Below, in pieces: positions 23,131 through 38,817 of a DNA stretch of 64,000 bases. The DNA lies in NCBI GenBank assembly GCA_951406725.2, contig OX597831.1:13454001-13518000 (forward strand). Reading direction: 5' to 3'. The translations under genes were made by a program, and so were the position numbers. Every line of letters begins with the position of its first letter. Position 1 is the stretch's first letter. The notes under the pieces are model-generated. The model ran no database searches. It saw only the letters and a list, made by a program, of their open reading frames with translations, and was not told the origin of the DNA. The DNA is from Octopus vulgaris. Its lineage: Eukaryota.

Positions 23131-24978
23131 GGAATTAAGTAATAATAATAATAAAAGATAAAAGAAAAAAAGGAAGATAATTTTTTTTTTTTTGTTTGGA
23201 AAGCAATTATGTGTAGAAGACGATTCATTCAAAGATTTTTAATTATGTTGTCCGTGTAGAAATCATTCGAGCTGATTTATTCAAGCGGTAATATTGCTTA
23301 CGTCATGTCTTCGAACAGAAGGAATCTACGGTTTTAATTGGATGAGATTCTTCTGCTAAATAAATTCCAGTTTGTCGCTTGTGTCTAACCAGTAATTCCT
23401 GAAAACAATTTATGGTTTTAATATGAGTTATGAGAAGATGTTTTCTTAAAGTAAACAGGGAAATATAATTGTTAGACTGTCTGCGTTCTCTTTTGCTTGT
23501 TTTTAATGCGTATTTCCTCGTTTATTGCTTTTCTCCTGTGAACAGCGACCATCTTGACAATTCGTACCGTTTCCCACTGATTAAACACCGACGAAACCGT
23601 GCTAATTTGGAGGAAGTTCGTCGTTTCCTTCGAAACGTTAAAATAACATTAAAATCTCGCTCAAATCACACATTGTCTAGAAGGTTACATTCTATATTTT
23701 CGTTCTAGATATTTATGAGTAAAAAGACGGAATGGTCGTAGATGGATTGTCATGATTCTTATGTCTTCATTTGTTAATTTAATTGTCTGCTTCCATAGAT
23801 TTCTTAGGTTACCCGAAACCAAGCAGATTAAGACGGTTACTGTAGCTTTTTAATAGTTGTGTGTCGACGACTGTCGGGAAAAGGCTTGCAGGGACAGAGC
23901 ACTAGAAGGTCAACATTCTAGAAATGGAGGAATAAGGTTAGGGTCAATGTCGGTATGGGTCAAAGGAAGAGATGGTGGGAGTGAACCAGAAGCGCTTGAA
24001 TGGAGATGGAGAATGACCAGGCAACTATGAGCATCAGCGGTCATTTCAGAAACGGTTGACAAAGAGAGGAGAGAGTACGGTTGTGGATCAGAGGATGGAG
24101 TGTGTTTGTAAGCGACTCCATATCAATTAGTCGACTGGTCTTTCATTGTATAATAGTTTGGGATATCTCTAGATGTAACAGCAGCTCTATACTACAAGAA
24201 GGAGGAGTACTTAGATTAGTATATGACTATCCAGTGAATGGATAATTTTGCGGTCCCAATCCCTGTGAGGTTGATTCGGATAAGCTGTGGATGTGTATTT
24301 GGAGAGAGAAAGAGAGAGATCCTTCACGATGAAAAAGCCTGGCATTTATAGCATCCATGGGAAGTTTTTTTATCTTTTTGACTTCTATTTTTGATTTGTT
24401 TCAAACATCAGAGTGTGGCCATCGTGGGACACCACCTTCAGGAATTAGAAAGGCAGTGCATGCCATTCAAAGTGACCCTGGGTTACAAATATACAAAGAC
24501 CGGTATACTTATCCGATAAGGGTACATCAGGCACATGCATCACAGCCATATATGCGCGACATGGTGACCTCATATCAAGATAAATAGCGCATAATCTTGC
24601 AGGTGGGGGTGCAGTTAGAATTTTCTTTAGGTCGAGTAGCCCATCCTGCTCAAAAGGTCAATGAATAAGGGTTGTTTAAAGATGTTAAACGAAACATTAA
24701 TGTTTCCGGAGGTGAATTATTCAAAATCCAAAGAATTTCTTTAAACACATAGTTATGATGCACCCCAACTACTTCTGGTCGTGATCAGAGATGCACATAT
24801 CGTCAGCCACCAAGGGACATGCTCAACTAGTTAGGGTCAAACAACTGACAAGCAAATCTGTGTTATTGAGTAAAATATTTGCTGTAGCCCATCTTTTATA
24901 CCAATGTGCAAAATGACCCTTCCAATCAGTTAAGATCAGAAGCCATGGGAGCCACTAATAGTACTGCATCAAAGAATT

Positions 24979-24979
<1 letters not shown>

Positions 24980-25023
<44 letters not shown>

Positions 25024-25105
25024 TATTATTATTATTATTATTAGTAGTAGTAGTAGTAGTAGTAGTAGCAGCAGCAGCAGCAGTAGTAGCAGCAGCAACA
25101 GCAGC

Positions 25106-25163
<58 letters not shown>
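24980..25163. repeat. Compound (TAA)n/(TTA)n/(TAG)n/(CAG)n microsatellite
   Basis: Direct reading. Confidence 0.95.
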
Positions 25164-25467
25164 ATGATATCTCAGTAAACGTTATCCGTGTCACGTTTTA
25201 GCGGCTGCTCGTTGCATCACTTTAAACTAGACACACAGATTCTTATATTGTTTGGCGAATTTCATTCTGTTATTTCCGCTGTTTATGAAAAAGTTGGAAC
25301 TCCCATCTGCCCGTCTTCGTCAATACAGTTTTAATGCTAACGACTTGAACGGCACAAACATATTTCCGGTGGATTTATTGAGAAAAATACGTACATCTAC
25401 CGAGCTTTTTTTAATTGGCTTCCAATAAATTCGTATTCGACGAAAGAAACTCATGAAAGATTTAGAA

Positions 25468-25840
25468 CTGTGTGGTAAGTAGCTTGCTAACCAACCACAT
25501 GGTTCTGGGTTCAGTCCCACTGCGTGGCATCTTGGGCAAGTGTCTTCTGCTATAGCCCCGGGCCGACCAATGCCTTGTGAGTGGATTTGGTAGACGGAAA
25601 CTGAAAGAAGCCTGTCGTATATATGTATGTGTGTGTGTTTGTGTGTCTGTGTTTGTTCCCCTAGCATTGCTTGACAACCGATGCTGGTGTGTTTACGTCC
25701 CCGTCACTTAGCGGTTCGGCAAAAAGAGACCGATAGAATAAGTGCTGGGCTTGCAAAAAGAATAAGTCCCGGGGTCGAGTTGCTCGACTAAAAGGCGGTG
25801 CTCCAGCATGGCCGCAGTCAAATGACTGAAATGACTGAAA
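25468..25840 (+). mobile_element. CORE-type tRNA SINE family B, near full length, with internal (TG)n
   Basis: B-box gggttcagtccc, CORE-like cttgggcaagtgtctt, tail ctccagcatggccgcagtcaaatgactgaaa; matches 30691-31113. Confidence 0.82.
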
Positions 25841-27712
25841 GTAGTAGCAAAAAGAATTCAATCCAACTCCCACGTTCCATTGTTAGATTGTTGCTGACTG
25901 TTAGGTGCCTTTGTTCGTTGGTTATCTTCAGAAATAGTATTGTTTATATTTGTAGAGCTACGAAAGCAACGAGGAATGTGCCAGTTGCTCAAGATCATTT
26001 TTATTAAGTATGATTCAATAATGTAGGTGTGCTTTTTGCGTTCTTGTTGCCTTCGCTTTATAATTTATTTTTAGCTTTAATTATGCATCATTGCTGCCAA
26101 GCGTATGGTTATGTCAAAACAGGAACACGTCAAAATCAGTTTACATATGCAGATAAGCATTTGATGTTGCACCCAGGTTTTCTGTTGTTAGCAAAAGAAA
26201 CACTGATATAAATGGCATAAACGAAGCAAGAGGTGATATGCTGAACGATGTACGCCCAAAATTCCCAATTAATTGAAATGTTCCGCTTACCGCCGCCATT
26301 TTGAAACGTTCGGGTTCTGTCTTTAACTGACGTACAAAATAAGGTTATGATATATATTTAGACATATATCCTTTTTGTTCTTTTTGCTCGTTCATTTAGC
26401 TTCTTTCTGTCACTGGACTGCGACCAGACTGGAGCACTACCTTCACGAGTTCGGATTCTGTATTTAACTAGCGAACAAAACTGGGTTATGATATACTCTT
26501 TTATTTGTTTCAGTCATCTAACTGCGGCCAGATTCAGATATATATATACTTTTTTGTTCTTTTAGCTTGTCTCTGTCATATGACTGCGACCAGACTAGAG
26601 CACTTTCTTCACCAGTTTAGTCGAAGAAATTGGCACCAGTACTTCTTTGAATGTGGTGTTTATTCTCTGGTTATTATCTTTTTTTTTTGAAATCGCTTTG
26701 TTAAAGGAGTATAAAGAAACCAACACCAGTTGGCAAACGGTAGATGAGGGACAACTCCAATATAATGCAAAAGAATACAGTAGAATGTTTTTTTTAATAC
26801 AGTTTCTGCTTTTCAAATTTACTTACACGGCATTGTTTGACCTAGTAGAAGACCCCTGTTGTAGTTCGTGTGCAACAGAATTGAACCGGTAATTCGTTGG
26901 TACAATATATTATCGACCCCAGAAAGAGGGCCAGGAAGTTAGATTCCCGTAGTATTTACCCGCGGAATATTAAATGCGGTACTACATCCCATGAATTATT
27001 AAGACCGAACATCCAAGCAATATGTGATTGGCAATTCCCTTCATTGACTCAAGAGGGATGAAAGGTAACGTTGACTTAGATAGTATTTGAACTCAGACGG
27101 ACAGGGACGGAACTAAATACCATTAGGTATCCTGGCCGAGATTCTAACGATTTAGATGGAAGTAAATAATTCTGAATTGTTTATCTGTGTTAATTACTTG
27201 CGTTAACAGATTCTAGTGGCATGTTCTATAAATGTAACTTGGAGTATAGTACCTTTTTCCTGTAGAATTTGGATGTAGACTTTTTATTGGAACCAGGTTG
27301 AGATGGTTGGTTTTATCAGCTGGGATCGAGCATCAGCAAGCAAACACCATCTAGAAGGAGCGACAGTCGTGAGAGCCGGCAATTGAATATGGCTGAAATA
27401 AAAAACGACGAAGCCCGTTTGGAGAGGTGATGATACCAAAACTGAACTTATGATCGAACATTAGCCTGTCCAAACAGTAGTGTGGCCTAAAATCAGTAAC
27501 TGAGATGGGTGGTGCGCTGTAAGATCGTCAAGAAGAAGCGCCCGAAACGTTGCGCATTCTCTCCTGGTGACTTTTGTAACCTTCTGGCCTCCACTCTAGT
27601 AGGCTGTTTCCAAGTCCTTGCCTGACTTATCTGAGTGGTCATTGTTGTTGTTGCTATTGTTCCTGTTGTTGTTATTATTCTTGTTATTGTTGATGTAGTT
27701 ACTGTTGCTGCT

Positions 27713-28069
27713 TTATTACCTCCGCCTTAGCGAAGGCGGAGGTATTGTTTCAGTAGTGTTTGTCTGTCTGTGGACAAGATATCTCATGAACCGCTGAATG
27801 GATTCAGATAAAACTTTCACGGATGTTTGGCCTCGTGACTGGCATGAACGGATTAGATTTTGGGATCCATCCGGTACCGGACAAGGATTATTTTCCTGTT
27901 TTCTTTTTTTACTTAATTTTTGAGAACAGTTTCCTTTTTGGTATTCTTGTTTGTGAGAGCAGTCGAGTTTATTTCAGGTATTCTCATTTTAAAAATCATC
28001 TCCGGTTAATCGTTGAGAGGATGTTGGCGTTACCTTGGCACAGGTTTGCGCTCTCCGAGTGCTCTTGTT
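27713..28069 (+). mobile_element. Helentron-associated non-autonomous element (HINE/DINE-1-like)
   Basis: 5' inverted repeat ACCTCCGCCTT-AGCG-AAGGCGGAGGT, (GTCT)n, 3' sub-TIR CCTTGGCACAGGT, terminal stem-loop GCGCTC-TCC-GAGTGC, T-rich ends. Confidence 0.75.
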
Positions 28070-29069
28070 TGCTATTGTTATTGTTGCTGTTTTTGCCAAC
28101 GTTGATATTGGTGTTGTTTTTGTCATTGCTATTGTTTGTTGTTGTTGTTGTTGCTGCTGATTTTGTTGTTGCTTTTATATTGTTGTTTCTGCTGTTGTTG
28201 TTGTTATTGTTGTCGATAACGCAGGTATTTCTGTTGTGGTTGCTCTTAGTTGTTATTGTTGTAGTTGTTTATTATCATACCAGTTCTAATCCAGCAAAGC
28301 TATACTTATAGCCTTTCCAGTAGTGACCATCTCGTCGTTTTCTCTACCCCTTGTCTGATAAGGACTTCGTATTTTAATTACTTTATTTGTTGAGACATAA
28401 GACGCATTTTTTTTTTGACAGAAGTATTCTCAGTAAAATCCCCTCAGGTCCTCTACACGAAGTTAGGGCCTATATTATGCGCTTCGGTGCACTTAAAACT
28501 TTTTCTTGAATGTTCGCTGCTGAAATCGTGGTGCATCTTACACGCCCAGACGTGTTTTTATATCATCAGATGCGGAATGTTTTAAGATGGTAGGATATGA
28601 TCTGAGAGAGATGAAGCAGCTATTTATAGCAAATCGAGCGGCCTCGTACAGCATTTTTCGATGGTTCATATCATTACTGTTGGTAATTATTTGTAAAACA
28701 TACAAAGAAAAAACGAGGGAAGGAACGAGTGAAAAGAAGGAGATAGTCACAAGGGAATAGAGAAACGTAAGAACTAGGAAATATGTGTAAACAGAGATAT
28801 GTGGAGTATCTAATGCATAGCGATATTTGTTCGGTTGCTTTCTTTCTAAGGAGATACAAATAGAAAGAGTGAGAGAGAGAGAAAGAGGGGGAGAGAGGAA
28901 ATGTGGAAGCAGTAAAAGAGAGACATAGAGAGTGGGGGAGAAGGATGAGGGGGAGAGAGAGTGTGTGGGGAGAGATTTGGAGTATCGTAAAATGACAAAC
29001 ATGATAATGTAATGAAAATACCTTGATAACAACGGAGCTTGAAATATGCTTGTGATAATAATAATAAGG

Positions 29070-29086
29070 ATAGTAGTAGAAGTAGT

Positions 29087-29142
<56 letters not shown>

Positions 29143-29274
29143 ATGGTAGTATTAGCAATGGTAGTTGTAGTAGTAGTAGCTGTAGTAGTAGTAGTTTTAT
29201 AAGTAGTAGTAGTTGTAGTAGTGGTAGTAGTAGTAGTAGTGGTAGTAGTAATGGTGGTGGTAGTAGTAATGTTG

Positions 29275-29306
<32 letters not shown>

Positions 29307-29384
29307 TGTAGAGTAGTAATGGTGGTAGTAGTAGTAGTCGTAGTAGTCGTAGTAGTAGTAGTATTAGCAGCAGCAGCAGCAGTG

Positions 29385-29430
<46 letters not shown>

Positions 29431-29462
29431 CAGCAGCAGCAGTAGTAGTAGTAGTTGTAGTA
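29070..29462. repeat. Degenerate (TAG)n microsatellite
   Basis: Direct reading. Confidence 0.95.
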
Positions 29463-30690
29463 ATTTTAAATTGAAATTGAAATCATGAATTGGGATTAAC
29501 ATGAGGGTAGAAGAGGGTGAGAAATGTGTCAGAAGGGATCTTTAGGTTGGTAGTTGGATGTTCAGTATGGTGGAAAGAGACCCTGCGAGACCTTTGATGA
29601 AAGGTTGCTGTCCGTTCAAACCGAATTAGCCGAAGCGATTAAAATCGAAACCTCTGAGGAATGAAACGGAAATAATATAATGACGTCGATGACTACAACG
29701 ATGATGATGATGATGATCATGATGATGATGATGGTGGTGGTAGTGGTGGCAGTGGTGTTGGTGGTGATGATCTCTTTCACAAATGCAATGAAAATAGCAA
29801 TAGAACCAAATTTTAAAGGGATGGGAAAAACTATTAAAAGAATTCATGAATTAGATTCTCAAGGAGTAAAGATTGTTCGGCAATATAACATGGCAGTTCT
29901 GTTTTAGGACGAATGTTGCTGTAGTTTAGCCCCAGGAGGCATCGTTTCCAGCAGGTTATACGACACGATCTGCCATGTCACGTTGGTAAATAATCTTTAC
30001 TCCAAAGTACGGTTGCTGAATATTTCTCCTTGTGAGACTTACAAATAGTAATTTTCTAAGATTCTCAACTAAATCGGAAGTGAGTCTCAGGTGAAAGGGG
30101 ATATAATTTTTAAGTGACTCAGAGAAAGGGAAATAATGTTAAACAGTTCAAATCTCGATGGAAGGGAGAAATAATTTTCAGAATTTAAGAATTATATTTT
30201 GAATCAGTTATTAATAAGTTTCGAAAACAAGAAGAGATAAGTTGATAGCACATTTCAAAGAGATATGAGTAGTTAGTAACCTTCAAAGAAAATGGTCGAT
30301 AATTCTATACAATTTCTCAAGACTAGTTTATATGCCTATAGAAAATATCTTATTATATTTTATTATATTTTATATTAAGCTTTAGAATGATATTATATTT
30401 TTTATATTTTATTCTGTTGTATGACATATGATGTCATTTACATATTAATATTTAATATATTTTATTTTACTATATATTCAGGTTTACAATGTAGTGTATT
30501 CGTAAGATTTCAGTTGTCTCTGCTATCGTAAAATGATGAAATTTATTATTAATCCACAAAATCATAATCGACCGAAAATCTATGAATATACTCCATAGTG
30601 TAAGACTGTGTGAAAAATAAATACTGCTGAATTGCCAATAGTTTAATTACATATATATTTATGAGCAAAGGATAGCAACGAAGAATTATA

Positions 30691-30853
30691 GGCGTAGGAG
30701 TGGCTTTTAGGTAAGTAGCTTGCTTACCCACCACATGGTTCCGGGTTCAGTCCCACTGCGTAGCACCTTGGGCAAGTGTCTTGTAATATAGCCTCGGGCC
30801 GATCAAATCCTTGTGAGTGGATTTGGTAGGCGGAAACTGAAAGAAGCCCGTCG

Positions 30854-30913
<60 letters not shown>

Positions 30914-31113
30914 TGTGTATGTGTGTTTGTGTGTTTGTGTGTGTGTGTGTGTGTGTGTATGTTTGTGTTTTGTGTGTCTGTGTTTGGCCCTCAACATCAC
31001 TTAGCGTTTCGGCAAAAGAGGCCGATAGAATAAGTCCTGGGGTCAATTTGCTCGACTAAACACGGTTTTCCAGCATGGCCGCAGTCAAATGACTGAAACA
31101 AATAAAAGAATAA
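30691..31113 (+). mobile_element. CORE-type tRNA SINE family B with expanded internal (TA)n(TG)n
   Basis: ggcgtaggagtggct head, ccgggttcagtcccactgcg, accttgggcaagtgtc, tail aatgactgaaacaaataaaag. Confidence 0.82.
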
Positions 31114-32131
31114 AAAAAAGCTATCTTCTGTCAATCTATGGTCCTGGATATGATTAGGAGGTTGACTCAGAGGTCTACTTTGTTTTCTCTCCTTCAGTTA
31201 TCGTTGAAAAATGTAGCAAGAAGGGGATACCGGTAAGGCCCCAGTAATGTACTTGTAGAGTACTTCTCCTTGACGGTGGATGGGAGGAAATGTTAGCAAG
31301 TTGAACGAAAAGGCTCGCGATATTTGCGCTGAGACCTTAGCAGTATGAATACAAATTCCATCTGAATATCAACAACAAAAGGACCAGAAAATATACATAA
31401 AATGACAGAAGACATGTCAGCAACAAGATCGACAACAGCAATATCAACTACAACAGTACCTACAACAAAATTATCAACAATAAAAGCAACAAAAACAACA
31501 CAAGTAACAACAAAACAAAGGGCCACAACAACACAAGACAAAAACTAACACCACACCACACCTACAATTGCAACAAAACCACACCACACCACACCAAAAA
31601 TTACAACCAAAACTACAGACAGCATAAAAATTTCAGAAATATTTCTTTATTATTTTGAGAATCGATTTGCTAGCGATATCAATGTTTTTTTGTCATTGTT
31701 CCTAACAGATAATACGAATTTTTAAACATCTTCGGAAATAATTGGTTTTATATAATAACAGCGTAAACATTAGAAGAATGGTCGGGAATTCTATTGACTG
31801 TCAACTAATTTGTGTCATTGGTTCTTGTTATGTTAATACTTAAGCAAATAATGGCGGAGGAGAACTTTTAAAACGAATTTATCTTTAAATATTTGCTCAA
31901 AAGATTTGCACTGTCCGTTTATATGTTGTTATGTAAACAAGCTCTTGTTCGTATGTATTATGTATTTATATGTTTATACGTATGTATCTATACGTCTGTG
32001 TGCTCGCTCGAATATGTATGAGTCTATATAAGTGTGTGTGCATATATAATATACACACGCACACACATACACCTATATAAAGCCCTAGATATATATTTAC
32101 TCGTTTATATGCCATGCTCACGAGGTCATAA

Positions 32132-32227
<96 letters not shown>

Positions 32228-32268
32228 AGATGTATATATATATTTATATATATAGATGTATATATATA

Positions 32269-32303
<35 letters not shown>

Positions 32304-35300
32304 TGTATATATATATAGATGTATATATATATATGTATGTATATATATATAAATATATATATATATATTTACGTATGTGTATTAGTTGTGTGAGCGTATG
32401 TATGTATATCATTTTGCATGTATGTATTCTCCACTCTTCTTTAGAGTCAAGTTAGCTGATGTCGCATTCATTTTCTTAACATGATTTCGTCTTCAACCAA
32501 TCTAACAAGACATTAGTCAACACGTCTCTTACAATGTGCAAATAATCTTCAAGTTTAATATAAAAATATTTGTACGTTACGGCGATAGATCTTTGGTAAA
32601 GAACCTTTAAGTGTTTGCCCAAGCAAATATTTGTCTGCATTCCCCGTAAAAGAACAACGATTTTAAAGGGATTTGGTTGTCTTCATAATATGTTTGGTTT
32701 ACAACTAAGAATGTAATTTTCTACAACAACCATTTCCAACAACAGCGGTGGTGTTTATCGCCGTACGGTGTACATAATATTATTTTATATCTTTCTCTGA
32801 TTACTGATCAGTGACGACACTTCGCTATCTTAAGGAGTTACCGTAAACACGATCTTCATTACATATCGTGTAAAGTGCTGTAGCCTAGGAGTTAATGTGT
32901 TCGGTTCCAGATCATGAAGTCTTTCTATTTCTGGATCTGGCGTCACATTGCGTTCTTGAGAATGACAAATCTTTCACGTTCCTTCCGTTTGCTCAGCTGA
33001 GAATAGATACCACTCAAGTACTAATACAGTTCTCTTTCTCACTCGCACCATCCCTCATCTCCCGTCTCTCATCTCGCTTTCTCAAGATGTTACATCCTGA
33101 ATGTGCTGCTGGAACAAGGCATGGGAAAGTCGAGACGATGCATGTGTCTGCCCGCGATTACATAAGCACCAAAAACAATATTCTAAAACCTGATACATAT
33201 TACGAACGCATGTGACTCTATTAAATTTTAAAGAACGTATAAAACACATTATCTGGACCCGTGTTCGATTTCACTGCTCAGCCTTTATATGTCTCAAATA
33301 GTTGCTTACGTACAATCTCTCTCACCCTGTTTGTATTGTATTTCCAACGCCTTTAATGTGTTACTTCTAACAGATCATCTCAGAAGGCTTCACCCAAGTC
33401 TCATTTATGTATGTTTCGGCTCAGATTCGCAAGCTCTTAGTATTCCTTTGCCTTGCTCTTACCCTCGTTTTCCCTATCCTCTTTGATCTAAACTTGTTCA
33501 AGGCGAACATTCATCTACCTCACTATGATCACACCGGAAGTGGATGATCTTTAGAGAAACTGGCAATCGCCATCCCACAATTTACAGTATGGAGATATGA
33601 AACGCTCACGATGGCATGCCATTAACTACACTTTATCTGTGTTGTTCAGCCATTTACAAAAAGGATTCTATAAAGATATAGAGGACTCGACTTTCTCAAT
33701 GTAAGCTACACTATCTGTGTGCCGAATGACATAAAGAGAACACCCGTAGATTGGCAGAACCGATAGAATGACAGAATGACTGATAGAATGACAGAATGAA
33801 CGATAGGATGACAGAACAAAAAGCCTTGTGGTGATTACTGGCGTAGCTTAATGCTTTCGATTTCAAATTCCGCTTCGGCCGAATTTGCTTTTCTATCCCC
33901 AATCCCGATGTACGGTGATAATGATCTAATACGCTATAACTCTCAGCCAAATTTGGGGCTTTATGGCAGAATTGAAGATCTTAAAGACTATCCTGTGCTA
34001 CCCTGAACTGAATTTTTCCTTTTTCGCTTTATATTGCATTTAGCTACCTTCGTTGTTTTATAAATTTCACATAACCATTTCGCTGAATCAGCCACCGATT
34101 CATACGGTAAATACTATCTTCTGACAGTCGGGATTTAGACAAACCATTCAGCTATGGAGTAGTCACCACTGATAAGCATTAATTCTAAGCGAAACTAGAC
34201 TAGTATGGCGATCTCGCTCACTGTGGGGCGGTTATCTCCCCGGTCAATGCATAAACTTGTGTTTCCTGCGGCTATAAGAACTTTTAGCTTTCATTTTTAA
34301 CAATGTAGGTGCAATCCTGCACCGTCAGTCACAATTAGTGACAACTGAAAATTTCCTTTTCAGTTTTACATTGCTTATATCCCCCCTCGTTATATATATA
34401 TATATATGTCTCTCTCTCTCTCTCTTTCTCTCTATCTCTGCCTATGTCTCTCTCTCTCCCTCTCTCTCTCTCTTTCTATTTATATATATATATATTTGTG
34501 TGTGTGTGTGTTTATGTATATATATATGCGTGATATTTAAATGTGTGTGCATCTTCGAATCATTGTTTGTCTCCTACATTTCTTGTCAACCAGTGTTGAT
34601 TTGGTTTCCACCCGTAACTTAGTAATGTGACGAAAGAAACCAGTAGATTTAGTACTAGGGTCGCTGAAGTCGGCTAAACCGTTCTTTGCTGTACCCCAGA
34701 ATGATCGCAATATAATGACTAAAACAATTACAAAAGAATACAACCTCAGGTAAAAATGATGTTTTGTTAATTAATGTCGGTGTTCATGTTTTAGATAAAG
34801 TTAGATTGGCGCTTTGTATCCTGTAATTTCTACGTGAATAGCATAAACGCCCGCCTACCACACACTCATGTTGACCTTCGGCTTTCTTTCACCTCATCAA
34901 CAACCCACGTACGGCTTTGTCGAAATAACTCTCTATGGCTTCGATTGTTATCTCTGTGAATATCGATTTTCTTTACAAAAATCATAAATTTATTGTATAC
35001 AACTTGGATGTTATTGTAATTAAAAGAATATAATGAATGTTATTAAAATCTTGCAAATTAATTCCTCGATCTTCTGTTGAAAGAGGAAAAATACACACAA
35101 AACAAGGAACGACAAAACGTCAATATCATGGCGAAAAATCTATGAAGGCTTCACAGGAAAATAATAAATATACCAGTAAATAAGGAGTAACATGTTTAGT
35201 GTAAGTTTAATTGTTTTTGCGGTTTTGTATAGAATACAACAAAAGTATTTTAAATGTGAAGTTTATAAAGAAAAAGAAAAAAACAAAACAAAGTAAACAA

Positions 35301-35482
35301 ACAAATGAAAAAATGAAATGTTTAGAGAACAACAAAATGGAACAATCCCCCATAGAATTTCTACTCTTTATATTCCAAGCGTTTGATTAATTTAAATATT
35401 TTTTTTCTTTTTGGAAATAATTAACACAATTCTGTTTATGATATCTTTAGTTGTTTGTTGCAATTGAGCTACTTACCGTCAT

Positions 35483-35562
35483 AATGATATTTTGATAAAA
35501 TTATTTTGCTTCGATAATGATATTTTGATAAAATTATTTTGCTTCGAAATGATATTTTGATG
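35483..35562. repeat. ~33-bp minisatellite, about 2.4 copies
   Basis: aatgatatttt(t)gataaaattattttgcttcga repeated. Confidence 0.85.
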
Positions 35563-36778
35563 CAGTTTTATCTGATGAACGAAAAACGTTTTGTTTAGAT
35601 TCTGCTTGTATGGCAACCAAACATTATACTTTAACTCGCTTCTTATAATTCTAACCACAATTGGTTAGTGGTACATGGAGTGAGTCTCAAGAATTTTTAC
35701 TGTCGATATAAACCAGAATATCAAAATAGATCGGCTTCATCCATTCAAAAATGTATTACCGTTAATTGCGGCTTTCAAGAAAAAAACAACCCAAAATATT
35801 GACTGCCAGAAGCGGAGACATCTTCGAGTGACCATTTTTACAACATGTGCTTTGAAAGATCTTAATTTCATAAAATATCTCTTTATAAATCGAGAATTAA
35901 ATAATTTCGGAGGTGACATCCGTAATATTTGCAAAATTAGCTCTATCTTTTGGTGGATAGTTAATAGAATTATGCGAAGGACCATGGAATTTCATTATGC
36001 AGTCACGGTTTAACGCATCATGACATTACACAAATACTTAGTCAACGCTTACTACCAAACTTCGAAAAAGATGTTTCAGCTACATAAACCGATGAATAAA
36101 ACCGAAAACATATTTTTGCAGCATAGAGGCAGATATGGCAGTCGAAGATAGAGAAATATATATATATATATGGTATGAAACATGGAAGAGACTGAGAACA
36201 ACATATTTACGGATGAATAAATTCAAAGGGGAATATTTTAATCGTTTGATCGAAAACATATTAATAATATTACAGGATATTATTTATAATAACTTGTCCA
36301 TTGTAAATGTATTTATATATTGTAAAATAACAATCTGGATACAGTCTTCCCAAATTCAGTGGTAGAAGACAGTGTGTATTATTGTGCATCTGTGTGCGAG
36401 TGTGTGTGTGTGTATTTGTGATCTTCGTGAGGCAGGTGAAGCTCGTGTTCTCCAAGCTTCTAAGTTGTTCTTCATTGTAATTTCACATATGTTGGATTAA
36501 ATCTGCTTAAGGAATCCTTAGTCCTTTTTGGTGGGGTTTTTGTATGTATTATAAAATACATTGATGTTGCGTCATTGTACTTTATTATGGTTCCACATAT
36601 AGTAATGTTTATACATGTCCGAGGGTTTGTAACGCACACACACACACACACACATACACACACACACACATATATATACACATACATACATATCTATCAT
36701 CTACCTACCTATCCATCGGTTGTCACATTTTACTGCTTTTCCTGCATCACAGTCCCTTTTGTGTATCAGGTATTTGGT

Positions 36779-36823
<45 letters not shown>

Positions 36824-37396
36824 CTTATAATACCGTTATAGGTAGGATCAGCAAAAGAGTACTCCATCCTCTGAGAGATAAATATTTAATTCTGACAGAA
36901 TTTAAATATCAGCTACTAATAGTTTTATGTCGTAGAGACAATACTTCGGCAGATTTATGTTATGTGCCCTACTCTCCAAGCAATCCTTCCCGCTCAATAC
37001 AGACGGCTGGTTTTATTTGGGAATCAGGACGGTATTCTGTGAGGAAAAACGAGAGAAAACTGGAAGTGGAACGATGCAAAAGTAGGAGAAAATCAAAGAA
37101 AAAACACCGCAAATTGCACTCCTGATTTTTTTTTTATTTTGATAATGATAATTATGACGACCACGATGATGATGATGATTCAAAGATGTCCAATAAAGAA
37201 CACACGTAATAATGCTCAAATGATTTGAACTTAGACTCCCAAGTCTTTATCGAGGACCATGTTTGCGGAGTAAAGAGTGGCTATGGAAGGAAATCGGGTG
37301 AACTGCGATGGAGATAGTGATAAAGAAAAAATGTTTGGGCTGCAAATTATACATAGCGTGTGGCATTTATGTGTAATAATGCCTTCTATATAAATT

Positions 37397-37470
<74 letters not shown>

Positions 37471-37859
37471 AGGGAAACAAAAACTGAAAGTATTCCTAAG
37501 GTACTTGTGTATAAGCATATAGATATTTATACATTTATTTACACGGGTACAAAAAATTCAGAAAAGATATTCCCAACCTTCCCCCCTGTAAAAGGAAGCC
37601 GGTATTATCGTAATGTTTATATACACCCATCTTCTATTGTGTAACCTTGACAGTCCAACTGCTAGTTAGTATCATAACAACTATTACGTAATTCCGAGCT
37701 CCCAGATACAGCTGTCGGGCATAAAATATCATAAATTCTCCCGTTCGTTCTCTCTATTTTTTGTACATCATTTATATTGATTTTGTAAATGTAAATATTT
37801 ATATGCTTATAAATGAGTATTCATCTCCTGAATAATTCCAGTTTTTGTTTCTCGCTCCT

Positions 37860-37926
<67 letters not shown>

Positions 37927-38068
37927 GCACACACACACATATATATCTACATGTGTGTATGTATATTTTTTATATGGAGCCCAATCGATTGAATGTGTGT
38001 GTGTGCTCGTGCGTGCATGTGTGAGTGTGCCTCTGTGTGTCTATGTCTGTGTTTAACTATATCTGTAT

Positions 38069-38117
<49 letters not shown>

Positions 38118-38771
38118 ATATCTATCTATCTATCTATATGTCTATCTACGTACCTATCTATATATCTATCTATCTATCTATGTGTCTGTCTGTCTAACTG
38201 TCTGTTTCTCTCTAAATATATGTGTATGTGTGTATGCTTGCGTGTGCGTGTGTCAATACAATCATAACTGTATATATATATCTAAAACACGACAGAAAAA
38301 ATATGTATTTATATTAGTCTTAAGTAAACAAGGAACTGTCTCAGTATGAAATATAAATCGCTGAGAAACAAAAAGAAAAAAAAATTGGTGCGAAACTAAA
38401 ATTAAGATAACATCGACGTCAAGTTTACTGCGAAAGAGAAAATAACTGATAGTTAAGCTAGATCACACAGGATGGAAATTGGGGACCTATTACTGGACTG
38501 AGTTGTCTGAACCCCTGAAAATTTATTTATAGCTAAGTTCTTGTGTTGCCATTACTTTTTATATTTCACTCCGATCGATATAAAATTGTATCCAAGGTAA
38601 CTAACTGCAAATCTGAACCTATCTGATCTCGTTGTGGGCTTCAAACCTCGCCACACATTTGAAATATTGATCTGGCTGAACTTAATATTTACTTTCATAC
38701 CTAGGCAGAGCATATACACTTACATCATCATAAATTCTAACGCCCACTTAATCTGAATTTGTGTGTGCATG

Positions 38772-38817
<46 letters not shown>

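Noticed and set aside
23800-24260. Possible RNase H remnants of an I-group LINE (also ~33180-33540)
   Set aside because: Needs many frameshifts; motifs too degraded to support without a search
29788-30340. Coding-looking AT-rich stretch (MKIAIEPNFKGMGK...; FSEFKNYILNQ)
   Set aside because: Short, interrupted and not assignable to a family
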